From Nematocida ausubeli (lineage: Eukaryota): a stretch of 64,000 bases of DNA. The notes beneath the pieces are model-generated. The model did not search any database, was not told the DNA's origin, and was given only the letters and a program-made list of their open reading frames with translations. Position 1 is the first letter of the stretch. Each line of letters starts with the position of its first letter. Both the position numbers and the translations under genes were made by a program. Positions 63,174 through 64,000 of the stretch are shown here, piece after piece. Location: positions 496,001 through 560,000 of the forward strand of contig NW_026515637.1 of the NCBI RefSeq assembly GCF_000738915.1, read 5' to 3'.

Positions 63174-63715
63174 TATTTTTTTATTATTTCCATTGACCCA
63201 TTGCTTAAAAGATACTCAACCTCCTTTTTTCTCATAAAGTACAGCGATCCCTTCTTGGTTTCTATTAAGTTTCCGCCCATCTCGATTACACCGCAATCCT
63301 TCTTTGCCAGCACGTGCACGTAGTACTCTACAGGCACGTTCCGATGCATAAAATTTATAAACGGGAAGTTTGTGTAGTAGTTGGATGTTATTTCCTTAAA
63401 CTTTTGGAGGTATGGATTTCTGCTTTCTTCCTGGACTTTTGTGCTTGGCGTTTTCTCCTTCTCTTCGTATAGCTGGAACTCAAGCGCTCTGTTTTTTTCC
63501 AGCTCTTTTATTTTAACAATCCGCACAAGCCTCTCTATTTCTCGCTTCAGAAGCAAATAGAAAATAGACAGCTCTACTGAGTTTGGGGTTTTTTCTATTT
63601 CTGCCGCCAACTCCTGCAGCCTCTTCTCCTTTATAGCAATCTGCGCCTTTATTCTTGCTAGTTCTTTTCTATTCGTTCTGCTCTGCAGCAGAGCATTCAA
63701 GCTCTCCTCCTGCAT
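63173..63715 (-). CDS. SLD5: GINS complex subunit Sld5 (first ATG MQEES)
   Basis: 'LLKREIERLVRIVK' helix and C-terminal B-domain 'YVHVLAKKDCG...KKGSLYFMRKKEVEYLL'. Confidence 0.75.
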   Translation of the reverse strand: MQEESLNALLQSRTNRKELARIKAQIAIKEKRLQELAAEIEKTPNSVELSIFYLLLKREIERLVRIVKIKELEKNRALEFQLYEEKEKTPSTKVQEESRNPYLQKFKEITSNYYTNFPFINFMHRNVPVEYYVHVLAKKDCGVIEMGGNLIETKKGSLYFMRKKEVEYLLSNGSMEIIKK

Positions 63716-63887
63716 TGTCAATTCCTTCTAGGTCTGCAAAAAATTCATTTAGTAGTGAAAGAGTTGTCTTTGCCTTTTTGCCCGCCCGGCCAGAAGAAAG
63801 AGCCTTTTTTATTTCTTTAAGATCCATGGTTATTATCTGATACGTTCTTAGAATCTCTTCAATAACTTCTCTTGTGATTTGCTCCAT
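63669..63887 (-). CDS. Small hypothetical protein (72 aa from MEQIT) overlapping the SLD5 start
   Basis: Protein-like helical ORF; 47-bp overlap with SLD5 in another frame. Confidence 0.45.
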   Translation of the reverse strand: MEQITREVIEEILRTYQIITMDLKEIKKALSSGRAGKKAKTTLSLLNEFFADLEGIDNAGGELECSAAEQNE

Positions 63888-64000
63888 TTCAATAAATACA
63901 TTCCAATTCTTATAACTATTCGCCACTCTATTTTATTGATCTATATAAATCCTTTTGGATATGCCGATTTATCATTGCATCATGCTCTTTATCTTATGAT

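Noticed and set aside
1..64000. tRNA or rRNA genes
   Set aside because: No cloverleaf with a T-loop GTTC motif or conserved rRNA signature was found by eye; tRNAscan-SE and Infernal would be needed to exclude them

Overview
Compact, AT-rich eukaryotic sequence with no introns that I can see. It is very likely from a microsporidian of the genus Nematocida, judged from the tightly packed divergent housekeeping genes and Nematocida-type secreted protein families. Recognisable genes: TFIIE-beta, DEAH RNA helicase, Sec16-like, Elp2, Tim17/22-family, Ypt6/Rab6, LRR protein, mRNA guanylyltransferase, GRAM-domain protein, ATM/Tel1, Sec61-alpha, Sm/LSm and GINS Sld5, plus probable Exo84-, Sec5- and Sds3-like genes and several secreted or membrane proteins. 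Three things stand out. (1) A 3.3-kb gap with no long ORF (18.8-22.0 kb) contains two outward-facing TATAAATA boxes; the + strand one precedes about 330 ATG-free nt with nested stems enclosing 6-8 copies of a TTAAnYTCWTC motif, a candidate decoy or scaffold ncRNA. (2) An intact but catalytically degenerate integrase gene has its ATG only 20 bp from the TFIIE-beta ATG. (3) An uninterrupted LINE-type reverse transcriptase ORF carries a YADD-to-YIDG change. All protein calls come from motif recognition by eye; no database searches were run.
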